In this document: in pieces, positions 17,534 to 24,627 of the stretch
How positions within the stretch are numbered: the stretch's first letter is position 1
How the letters are laid out: each line of letters begins with the position of its first letter
Program-made: the position numbers and the translations under genes
IMG/VR virus record: IMGVR_UViG_3300025121_000878
Coordinates: 1-25,763 of that record
Reading direction: 5' to 3' (one strand)
Source: a virus
Lineage: Duplodnaviria; Caudoviricetes
DNA length: 25,763 nt
The notes under the pieces: model-generated
Seen by the model: only the letters and a program-made list of their open reading frames with translations
Databases searched by the model: none
Told to the model about the DNA's origin: nothing

Positions 17534-17739
17534 CTTTGGTGTGTTGAAAGGGAAATTACATTGTTACCATATTCTTTCTGGAGATGTTGGTTAAGTAGTT
17601 TTGTTTTTTGGATAGAAAGCTGATCAATATATTCGTCACTATAGTCTTCTGATGAAACATTGACAGCTTCAATCTTTTTACGAAGACAAAACATTTCAAA
17701 GGCAAATTCTTGGTCTTGAAGATTAAAAGATTTATTCAT
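17530..17739 (-). CDS. Small hypothetical protein downstream of the repressor
   Basis: Likely ATG at 17739 (MNKSFNLQDQ...); co-oriented with the repressor and converging on the methyltransferase. Confidence 0.5.
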   Translation of the reverse strand: MNKSFNLQDQEFAFEMFCLRKKIEAVNVSSEDYSDEYIDQLSIQKTKLLNQHLQKEYGNNVISLSTHQS

Positions 17740-17790
17740 GCCGAGTCTTATATAAATTATTAAACCAAATGACAATATATTTGAATTTTA

Positions 17791-18261
17791 TCATCCGGCT
17801 TCTTTCCTGTTTTTTAACTCCTCTTCTCTTTCCATCTTATTAATATCCGGCTCAAAAAAAGAAGCCAAGTCCTCGAATCTATTTTCGCTACATTTCGCAA
17901 GAATCTTCACGATTTTTTCAAATTTATCCTTGCGCTCAGGGGGTGGATTCAATCCAAGTTGTTCGGAGATTGAGGGGGTTGGTGTGTTAAATTCTTTGGC
18001 TATATATTGAATGAGCTGTTCTTTGGTTGGTTTTGTGTTGATTATAAATTGTTGTTCACTAGCAAAGAGCAAGTCTTCTTCAATATCTAATGCCCTCGCA
18101 ACGGCTTGAAATGTTTTTTTAACCGGCCATCTGCGACCCGATTCCATTGCCTGAATCGAATATATTGCCAGATTAGCCTTCTCGGCTAATTGAGCTTGGG
18201 TTAAACCTTTTCTTGTTCTAAACTCTCTAGTGTTTTCTGCTAGTGTTTTTGCAATGCTCAT
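17791..18261 (-). CDS. XRE-family HTH phage repressor (CI-like, no S24 peptidase domain evident)
   Basis: LAENTREFRTRKGLTQAQLAEKANLAIYSIQAMESGRRWP..VARALDI HTH. Start at 18261 preferred over 18330, which lies inside the putative operator. Divergent from the Cro-like gene. Confidence 0.85.
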   Translation of the reverse strand: MSIAKTLAENTREFRTRKGLTQAQLAEKANLAIYSIQAMESGRRWPVKKTFQAVARALDIEEDLLFASEQQFIINTKPTKEQLIQYIAKEFNTPTPSISEQLGLNPPPERKDKFEKIVKILAKCSENRFEDLASFFEPDINKMEREEELKNRKEAG

Positions 18262-18322
18262 AACTACTTTATGCTCGTGTTTTGTATTTTTTTCATAATA
18301 TAACTGTTTAATATCATTATAA

Positions 18323-18372
18323 ACTGGCATAATTTAGGTAAATACTCACTTTATAACTTGAATTATGCCAGT
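18323..18372. promoter_or_regulatory. Putative operator pair of the lysis/lysogeny switch
   Basis: ACTGGCATAATT (18323-18334) and its exact reverse complement AATTATGCCAGT (18361-18372), 26 bp apart, between divergent HTH genes. Confidence 0.65.
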
Positions 18373-18391
18373 GTTATGTTAATATAAACCC

Positions 18392-18622
18392 ATGACAACA
18401 ATACAAACTGTAAACACAGAACTTTTAAAAACATGGATCAGAAGCCGTAAGTTTGGAGTAGAGACCCTGACTATCAATTCACAGGTCTGCTCACAGATAA
18501 TAAGGCACGCCCTCAAAGGTATCTTGCCGGAACCTTGGGCACGCAGAAACATAGCTGAGGCCATGGGCGTTGATGAGGCCGTTTTGTTTCCTTCCGTTGC
18601 AGCGGAAAAACAAGCAGCCTAA
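18392..18622 (+). CDS. Cro-like small DNA-binding protein
   Basis: 76 aa, divergent from the repressor; C-terminal RRNIAEAMGVDEAVLFP is typical of XRE/Cro folds. Confidence 0.7.
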   Translation: MTTIQTVNTELLKTWIRSRKFGVETLTINSQVCSQIIRHALKGILPEPWARRNIAEAMGVDEAVLFPSVAAEKQAA

Positions 18623-18679
18623 GTTATTAACACAGAAATTGTCCACCGTGATTGGGTGGGTAAAAAATATAGGATGGGT

Positions 18680-19000
18680 ATGAACATAAAAATAGATTTG
18701 AGTGATGCGCATGTGATGGGCTTAATGACGAACCCTGGTTGGGAGGGTTCGTTTAATATCCTTAAATCAAGGATTGAGCAGCTTCAAACCTTCCAGTCAG
18801 GGCGCCTGCAAAATTCTGATAAGTTGCCAGCAGTGTGTTTTGCCTGTACGCCTGACAAGCAAGTGCCACTGCAAGGCTCTCTTGAATGCTTGGATTTGCT
18901 TTTGGATCAAGTCCTGATCCATCCTGAATTACCAGCGTTGCGTAGGTGTCGAGATAAAGTTGATAAGCTTCTTTCATGTTTTTCTCCCGTTGATGGTTAA
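18680..19000 (+). CDS. Hypothetical protein
   Basis: ATG 18680 after AGGATGGG; start uncertain; no recognised motif. Confidence 0.5.
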   Translation: MNIKIDLSDAHVMGLMTNPGWEGSFNILKSRIEQLQTFQSGRLQNSDKLPAVCFACTPDKQVPLQGSLECLDLLLDQVLIHPELPALRRCRDKVDKLLSCFSPVDG

Positions 19001-19095
19001 GATTAATTACTAACCGCCCTAGCGGAAAATATAAATATGAATGTAAAAATTACAGCGCAATTTTTGTGCAGGGATTTTTGCGTCTTGGAGTGAGC

Positions 19096-19245
19096 ATGAA
19101 AACTACAACGTGGGATTTATATAAAGAAGAAAGAGAAAAAATCGAGTGCGCTTGTGGTTGTACCGAAGTTTATAAAATAGGCGGCGAATATATCTGCGAA
19201 GAGTGCGCAAGAAAAGAAGAGATTGATGAGAAGGAGGTTGCATGA
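19096..19245 (+). CDS. 49-aa zinc-finger-like protein (below the ORF-track cutoff)
   Basis: MKTTTWDLYKEEREKIECACGCTEVYKIGGEYICEECARKEEIDEKEVA; GGAG RBS; ATGA overlap with recT. Confidence 0.75.
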   Translation: MKTTTWDLYKEEREKIECACGCTEVYKIGGEYICEECARKEEIDEKEVA

Positions 19246-20183
19246 GTTTAAAAGATTTTAATGAAGTAAAATCTCTGGTCTTGCAACAAGAGCAAAGCTT
19301 TATCGAAGTTGCGAAAATTCATAATGCTGTTAACTTCAAAGCTGAATGTCAGTTTGCCTTACAGGCACTTCAAAACAATGACTACCTTCTTGAGGTTGCA
19401 CAAAAGAATCCAATAAGTTTGAAAAACTCCATTATAAATGTTGCTGCGATTGGTATCAGCTTAAACCCAGCATTGAAGCAGGCAAGTCTTGTGCCCAGAA
19501 AAGGCAAGGTCTGTTTGGATATTCAATATGTAGGATTGTGCAAGTTGGGCACTGACACCAGATCAATTTATTGGGTGCAAGCTGAGCTTGTTAGGAAGAA
19601 TGATAAATTTAATTTCAATGGCGTTGGTGAAAAAGTTACTCATGTGTTTGATCCATTTTGCAAAGATCGTGGAGAAATAATTGGTGCTTACGCCACTGCC
19701 AAAACATCAGGCAACGATTATCTAACCACGGTTATGAGCATTAATGAAATATACGACATAAGAGATAGAACAGAAGCGTGGAAAGCATACATGGATAAAA
19801 AAATTCAAACTTGTCCATGGTATTCAGACCCAGGCGAAATGATTAAAAAAACTGTTGTTAAAAGAGCTTCAAAGATGTGGCCTCAAACTGATCAAACCGA
19901 AAGATTAAGTAGGGCCATTGGTGTTGTAGATGAGCATGAGGGCATTGATTTTAAAAACGAGATTATCCCGGCCAGTGCCGAAGATATTCAAAAAATATCA
20001 ACATTATTAAATGAAATTGATAATGGAGAAAAACGCCTATTGGTTCACCTGAGAGTTAAGTTCAAAAAAGAATTTGAAAATATTAACGGCCTAAGTGAGA
20101 TTGAAGCTGAGTATTCGATTAAATTTATAAAAGATTATATAGAAAAAGAAAAATCAAAAAAACCAAAAGAGGAGTGTAAATGA
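19242..20183 (+). CDS. recT: RecT-family single-strand annealing recombinase
   Basis: NVAAIGISLNPA..LVPRKGKVCLDIQYVGL, IIGAYA, PWYSDPGEMIKKTVVKRASKMWP; adjacent to an exonuclease. Confidence 0.9.
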   Translation: MSLKDFNEVKSLVLQQEQSFIEVAKIHNAVNFKAECQFALQALQNNDYLLEVAQKNPISLKNSIINVAAIGISLNPALKQASLVPRKGKVCLDIQYVGLCKLGTDTRSIYWVQAELVRKNDKFNFNGVGEKVTHVFDPFCKDRGEIIGAYATAKTSGNDYLTTVMSINEIYDIRDRTEAWKAYMDKKIQTCPWYSDPGEMIKKTVVKRASKMWPQTDQTERLSRAIGVVDEHEGIDFKNEIIPASAEDIQKISTLLNEIDNGEKRLLVHLRVKFKKEFENINGLSEIEAEYSIKFIKDYIEKEKSKKPKEECK

Positions 20184-20893
20184 AAACATACAATGGAATT
20201 ATTACCGAATTAAAAAGTCTTGAAAGTGTTTTTGGCTTTGATCCTACGCTTGTTAAACAAGGATCTGATGAGTGGAGAATAATGAAGCTTGGAGTTATCT
20301 CTGCTTCTGAAATTGATAATGTTGTAGCCGGTAAAGATACCGCTAAAAGAGCTACCTATATGAATGAATTGGTAGGGCAAGTTTGCACTGGAAGAATGCC
20401 AGAAGAGGTAAGCGCAAAACCTTTGGCGTGGGGAAAAGAAAACGAGGCATCTGCTAGATCAGCTTATGAATTTGAAACAAGCAGTGAAATTAAGGAAGTT
20501 CCTTTTATTTATGGTGATATGTTTATGAGATATGGATGTTCTCCTGATGGAATACTGGCAACTAAAGGACTTGAGCTTAAATGTCCTTATGCTACTAAAA
20601 CCCATATTGAATTTATCTGTAATCAAAAAATTAAATCTGAATATATCAAGCAGTGCCAGCTTGCAATGATGATAACAGGAGCGGAGGCATGGGAATTTGC
20701 TTCTTATGATCCAAGAATGAGCAAGTCTTTGTTGCATACTGTAACGATCGGTCGTGATGAAAAAATGATTAGTTTATTCCAAGAGGCGATAGCTGGATTT
20801 GTTTACGATATGGATAAGATGCTTGCAATGATTGGTATTAGGTTTGGTGATCAGTGGAAAGGATACTTAACAAGATTTAAGCAGGCGGCCTAA
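20180..20893 (+). CDS. YqaJ/lambda-exonuclease family nuclease
   Basis: QGSDEW..GVISAS, WGKENEASARSAYE, GCSPDG..GLELKCP, YIKQCQ..FASYDPR. Confidence 0.92.
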   Translation: MKTYNGIITELKSLESVFGFDPTLVKQGSDEWRIMKLGVISASEIDNVVAGKDTAKRATYMNELVGQVCTGRMPEEVSAKPLAWGKENEASARSAYEFETSSEIKEVPFIYGDMFMRYGCSPDGILATKGLELKCPYATKTHIEFICNQKIKSEYIKQCQLAMMITGAEAWEFASYDPRMSKSLLHTVTIGRDEKMISLFQEAIAGFVYDMDKMLAMIGIRFGDQWKGYLTRFKQAA

Positions 20894-20894
20894 T

Positions 20895-21944
20895 ATGAAC
20901 GACTTAGTAATAGTAACAGAAATTAATCCAGTCGAAGTTTTTTCAAACAAAGGACTTGATCCAGTACTTGAAAAAATAACCAAAGAAGTTGAGGCCTTTA
21001 TTCCTGATACAACCACAGCAAAAGGTAGATCAGAAATTGCATCAATGGCATACAGGGTAGCAGAATCAAAAACACTGCTTGATAATCTGGGAAAGGACTT
21101 GGTTTCCGAATGGAAAGAAAAATCAAAAGCTGTTGATAATGAACGTAGAAGGATGCGTGATTATTTAGATAATTTAAAAGAGAAGGTTCGTAAACCACTC
21201 ACCGAGTTTGAAGAAAAAGAAAAGCAGAGAATTAGAAATTTAGAGTTGAGATTTCAAGATATTAATTTGCTTAAAGACATGCAAGCAAATTGCTCCGCTG
21301 AAACAAAAGTTTTAATTGAAAAGATTGAAAGCATATTGATCGATGAATCTTGGGAAGAGTTTGCCAACAGAGCTTCGATAATAAAAGATATGGCGTTAAA
21401 TAACCAACGAGTTATTTTTCAACAACAAATTGAGAGGGAAAAAGAACTTGAAGAGCTTCAAGTATTAAGAAAGCGTGATGAGGAAAGAAAACGTCAAGAT
21501 TATGAAGACCGCATAAAAAAAGAAGCTGCTGATCGAGCAAGGCGTGAAGCTGAAGAGAAAGCGAAATTTGAAGCAGATAAAAATGAGCGTGAAAGATTGG
21601 CAGCGATTAAAGCAAAAGAAGATGCAGAAAAACGTGCCATTGAGGCAGAGAGGCGTGCGATTGTAGAAAAATTAGAAGCTGAAGATCGAGCAAAAAAACA
21701 AAGAGAAGATGCTGAAAAACAAAAGCTCGAAGCTGTAAAAAAAGAACGTGAAAGAGTTGAATCTGAAAATAGAAAAAATCGTGAGTTAGAAATGGCAAGA
21801 ATGGCAGACATCGAGCATCGTAGAAAAATTAATAATCAAGCTGGCGACGCAATAATAAAGCTTGGTTTTGGGTTGGAAGAAGCGAAGGCAATCGTTACGG
21901 CGATAGCAGTGGGTGATATTCCCAACGTTAAAATATTTTATTAG
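20895..21944 (+). CDS. Conserved phage coiled-coil protein
   Basis: PDTTTAKGRSEIASMAYRVAESKT N-terminus, long E/K/R/A coiled coil, and ADIEHRRKIN..IPNVKIFY end, as seen beside phage recombination genes. Confidence 0.7.
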   Translation: MNDLVIVTEINPVEVFSNKGLDPVLEKITKEVEAFIPDTTTAKGRSEIASMAYRVAESKTLLDNLGKDLVSEWKEKSKAVDNERRRMRDYLDNLKEKVRKPLTEFEEKEKQRIRNLELRFQDINLLKDMQANCSAETKVLIEKIESILIDESWEEFANRASIIKDMALNNQRVIFQQQIEREKELEELQVLRKRDEERKRQDYEDRIKKEAADRARREAEEKAKFEADKNERERLAAIKAKEDAEKRAIEAERRAIVEKLEAEDRAKKQREDAEKQKLEAVKKERERVESENRKNRELEMARMADIEHRRKINNQAGDAIIKLGFGLEEAKAIVTAIAVGDIPNVKIFY

Positions 21945-21952
21945 GAGAGTTT

Positions 21953-22363
21953 ATGAGTTCATTAAATTTAATGCAAATCATCGGAAGGTTGGGAGAGTCG
22001 CCTAATCTTAAATACGTTCCATCTGGTGCGGCGGTTTGCACCTTCTCTGTGGCAACAAGTGAAGAGTGGAAAGATAAAGAAGGTAATAAGCATAGTTCGA
22101 CAGAATGGCATCGTTGCGTAGTTTGGAATAAGCTTGGAGAAATTTGCAATCAATATTTAGACAAAGGCAGGCAAGTCTTTGTCAGTGGAAAAATCAAAAC
22201 TCGATCCTGGGAAGATGAAAACGGTGTCAAACGATCTGTCGTAGAAGTTATCGCTGACTCCGTTATCTTCTTGGGTGACAGTAAAGCAGAAAAGAAAGAA
22301 GTGGATAAAGAATATAAGCCGGAAGTTGATCAAAAATATACAGGCGATGATATCCCTTTTTAA
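21953..22363 (+). CDS. ssb: Single-stranded DNA-binding protein
   Basis: LNLMQIIGRLG, FSVATSE, TEWHRCVVW, KGRQVFVSGKIKTRSW, acidic DDIPF tail. Confidence 0.96.
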   Translation: MSSLNLMQIIGRLGESPNLKYVPSGAAVCTFSVATSEEWKDKEGNKHSSTEWHRCVVWNKLGEICNQYLDKGRQVFVSGKIKTRSWEDENGVKRSVVEVIADSVIFLGDSKAEKKEVDKEYKPEVDQKYTGDDIPF

Positions 22364-22374
22364 GAGGAGCAAGC

Positions 22375-22665
22375 ATGAGCGATGCATATGAAATTAAAAT
22401 TGCTGATCTGGAAGAGCAAGTTAAAGAGCTGGTGGAAGAGAACAGGGAGTTTTTGGCAGACAATAAGAAGTTGAAAGAATGTTTAAAAAATATTTCAAAG
22501 TACGATACTTGTTGGACATGTGCTCATTACTTCGGATCGACAAATAAATACTGTAAATTTAACGGTGGTTGTGATCGAAATGGAATATCAAGGGCTGAGT
22601 TTATCCCGACTAATAAATATCAAGTAATGGCAATGAATTGTTTAAAAAACTTGGAGCAAGGATGA
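22375..22665 (+). CDS. Coiled-coil + Cys-cluster hypothetical protein
   Basis: GAGGAG RBS; CWTC..C..C; paralogous to 23087..23278. Confidence 0.7.
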   Translation: MSDAYEIKIADLEEQVKELVEENREFLADNKKLKECLKNISKYDTCWTCAHYFGSTNKYCKFNGGCDRNGISRAEFIPTNKYQVMAMNCLKNLEQG

Positions 22666-22946
22666 GTAAAAGAAAAGTTAAAAATATTATTGAGGTTAAA
22701 CCAATGTTCTTGCTTCCACCAGCTAAGGATAAATGCCAAGAATGTGCTGTAAAACATGAGCCACATGAACCTCACGATGCCACGAGCCTTTTTTATAAAG
22801 TAAAATTTAAAATGGATAACGATAGAGAGGCTACATGGAAAGATGCTATGTCTCATTGTACTGAAGATATTAAAAAGTTATGGATACATGAATTAGAGAA
22901 ATTAGGTGTTGATATTAATAGTCACATAACAGGATTAAGGAAGTAG
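22662..22946 (+). CDS. Hypothetical protein with CxxC..H..H motif
   Basis: ATG 22662 with ATGA overlap and GGAG RBS; CQECAVKHEPHEPH. Confidence 0.7.
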   Translation: MSKRKVKNIIEVKPMFLLPPAKDKCQECAVKHEPHEPHDATSLFYKVKFKMDNDREATWKDAMSHCTEDIKKLWIHELEKLGVDINSHITGLRK

Positions 22947-22948
22947 AT

Positions 22949-23083
22949 ATGAGCGACCATTACGAAATGAAAATCAAAAACGTAAATTTAAGATTTATCA
23001 GTTTTGTAATTAATATCTTTGCAATTTTATTAGTCCCGATTTTGTGCATTGATTGGCTTTATTGCAAGATAAGGAGAAAATAA
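22949..23083 (+). CDS. 44-aa single-TM peptide (below the ORF-track cutoff)
   Basis: MSDHYEMKIKNVNLRFISFVINIFAILLVPILCIDWLYCKIRRK; AAGGA RBS; fills the gap between its neighbours. Confidence 0.65.
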   Translation: MSDHYEMKIKNVNLRFISFVINIFAILLVPILCIDWLYCKIRRK

Positions 23084-23086
23084 ATC

Positions 23087-23278
23087 ATGAGCTATGAAAA
23101 TTATGAAATGAAAGTGAAAGATTTAGAAGATGAGAATAAAAGTCTTGTAGCAGAAAACGAGAAGCTAATGGCTTTCATTGAAAAATATAAAAGCTGTGCA
23201 ACTTGTGTTGATATAGAAAAATATACAGAGAAGTGTCACCTGTGCGTTAACTGTTCTAATTGGAGACTAGCGAAATGA
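23087..23278 (+). CDS. Coiled-coil + Cys-cluster hypothetical protein
   Basis: AAGGAG RBS; CATC..CHLC..C. Confidence 0.7.
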   Translation: MSYENYEMKVKDLEDENKSLVAENEKLMAFIEKYKSCATCVDIEKYTEKCHLCVNCSNWRLAK

Positions 23279-23568
23279 ATATTAACGAACTGGTAAAAGA
23301 TATCGTTGTCGCTGAAAATCTTGGTAAAAAGTTCATGTATTATAATACATATCGCCCGATAGTCCCAAGGGACAGAAATTTAAGACTTCCATTTTTTGGA
23401 AAATGTCGAGTGCATAAAGTTCATAAAATAAAAGACGAGTTTAGATTGACCGTAGAAGTTTCAATAAAGGATGCAAAAAACGCAGTTATTGGAATTGCTA
23501 ATCATGTTAAAAATTTAGATTGCGAAAAAATAAGGACGTTGGATTATGAAAAAGAAAGTAACGATTGA
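23275..23568 (+). CDS. Hypothetical protein
   Basis: ATG 23275 with ATGA overlap and GGAG RBS. Confidence 0.6.
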   Translation: MNINELVKDIVVAENLGKKFMYYNTYRPIVPRDRNLRLPFFGKCRVHKVHKIKDEFRLTVEVSIKDAKNAVIGIANHVKNLDCEKIRTLDYEKESND

Positions 23569-23728
23569 AGCGATAATTTCAGATGATGCTATGGCAACAA
23601 TATCATTTGGAGATAAAGAAATGCCGAGTAATCAATATATAACTGAACTTATTGATAAGGTATATTTTGCAGAAAACGATGACGGTATATTAACAGACGT
23701 TAAAGTTTTCGTAAGGAATGAGGTTTAA
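23546..23728 (+). CDS. Hypothetical protein
   Basis: 60-aa ORF within the tightly packed early operon. Confidence 0.6.
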   Translation: MKKKVTIEAIISDDAMATISFGDKEMPSNQYITELIDKVYFAENDDGILTDVKVFVRNEV

Positions 23729-23941
23729 AATGGAAGATTTAGAGATTAATGCAATTTATTTTTTTAAGCTGGGCAATGAATACAGCTTCCATTCCAATGC
23801 CGGAGCTAAAATAAATTATTTCAAAAATGATCTTGGCGATCACTTCCGTCCATACTTTAGAGTTGAAATGTATGGTGATGTAACAATAATTTATGAGCAA
23901 GCAGTAAGCACTGTTAATGCTATTAAGGAATGAGGTTTAAA
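23712..23941 (+). repeat. 18-bp direct repeat TAAGGAATGAGGTTTAAA flanking one gene
   Basis: Exact copies at 23712-23729 and 23924-23941. Confidence 0.9.
23730..23933 (+). CDS. Hypothetical protein
   Basis: ATG 23730 after the GAGG RBS carried by the direct repeat. Confidence 0.6.
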   Translation: MEDLEINAIYFFKLGNEYSFHSNAGAKINYFKNDLGDHFRPYFRVEMYGDVTIIYEQAVSTVNAIKE

Positions 23942-24132
23942 TGATTATTGTATGCAAAAGTTATACTCCTAGAAAATATATAGACGGTGAACTTCTTCAA
24001 ATTGAGATTGAAGAACCGGATAAGGAAATAACTACAGACGAGTGTTTAAATTGGTTAATGGTTGAAATAGGGTTTAATGGAATACTTAAAAAGTTAAATC
24101 TTAAAATGAATGATGTTGTCGAGGCAGCATGA
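23941..24132 (+). CDS. Hypothetical protein
   Basis: GAGG RBS carried by the second repeat copy. Confidence 0.6.
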   Translation: MIIVCKSYTPRKYIDGELLQIEIEEPDKEITTDECLNWLMVEIGFNGILKKLNLKMNDVVEAA

Positions 24133-24209
24133 GGCTAGAAACTCAATTTAAATTAACAGTTTTAATATGGTTAGTGGTTTTTATACTTGTAATTTTGACG
24201 AGAAGATAA
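24129..24209 (+). CDS. 26-aa single-TM peptide (below the ORF-track cutoff)
   Basis: MRLETQFKLTVLIWLVVFILVILTRR; ATGA overlap upstream and TAATG overlap downstream. Confidence 0.55.
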   Translation: MRLETQFKLTVLIWLVVFILVILTRR

Positions 24210-24403
24210 TGAAGCAGCGTAAATCAATCATGCGAGACATTCCGAGCGATGAAACATTTGTAAGGAAATGTCTCGACTGCGGAAAATTATTTAAAACAGA
24301 CAGCAGATTTGTTCGAGTTTGTAATGCGTGCAAAGGTTCCGAGAATTATAATGATGAAATGCTAGGGTATAAATTTTTATTTGATGAGGTGGGGAATGGA
24401 TAA
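24209..24403 (+). CDS. Zinc-ribbon protein
   Basis: RKCLDCGKLF..RVCNACK; ATG 24209 coupled to the preceding stop. Confidence 0.7.
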   Translation: MKQRKSIMRDIPSDETFVRKCLDCGKLFKTDSRFVRVCNACKGSENYNDEMLGYKFLFDEVGNG

Positions 24404-24414
24404 AGGAAGGAAAT

Positions 24415-24627
24415 ATGCAAAAAGATAGATTGTTAACTCCGGAAGAGGTTGCTGAAATGTTGGGTGTAAAGGTGGAAACGCTTCGCACTTGGAGATCCTG
24501 CAATATTTTAAGAGGGCCAAACTTTTTTAAAATTGGAAGTAAAAAAGTTATGTACAAATTATCAGACGTTGATGATTTCTTGAAAAAAGGTAAACGTGAT
24601 ATTGAAGAACAAAAGTTAAGCGCATGA
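24415..24627 (+). CDS. xis: Excisionase-like HTH (AlpA/MerR-type)
   Basis: LLTPEEVAEMLGVKVETLRTWR..GPNFFKIG..VMYKLSDVDDFL; overlaps the integrase start. Confidence 0.85.
   Translation: MQKDRLLTPEEVAEMLGVKVETLRTWRSCNILRGPNFFKIGSKKVMYKLSDVDDFLKKGKRDIEEQKLSA

Noticed and set aside
21500-21811. Minus-strand S/F/A-rich ORFs
   Set aside because: Mirror of the E/K/R coiled-coil gene on the + strand.
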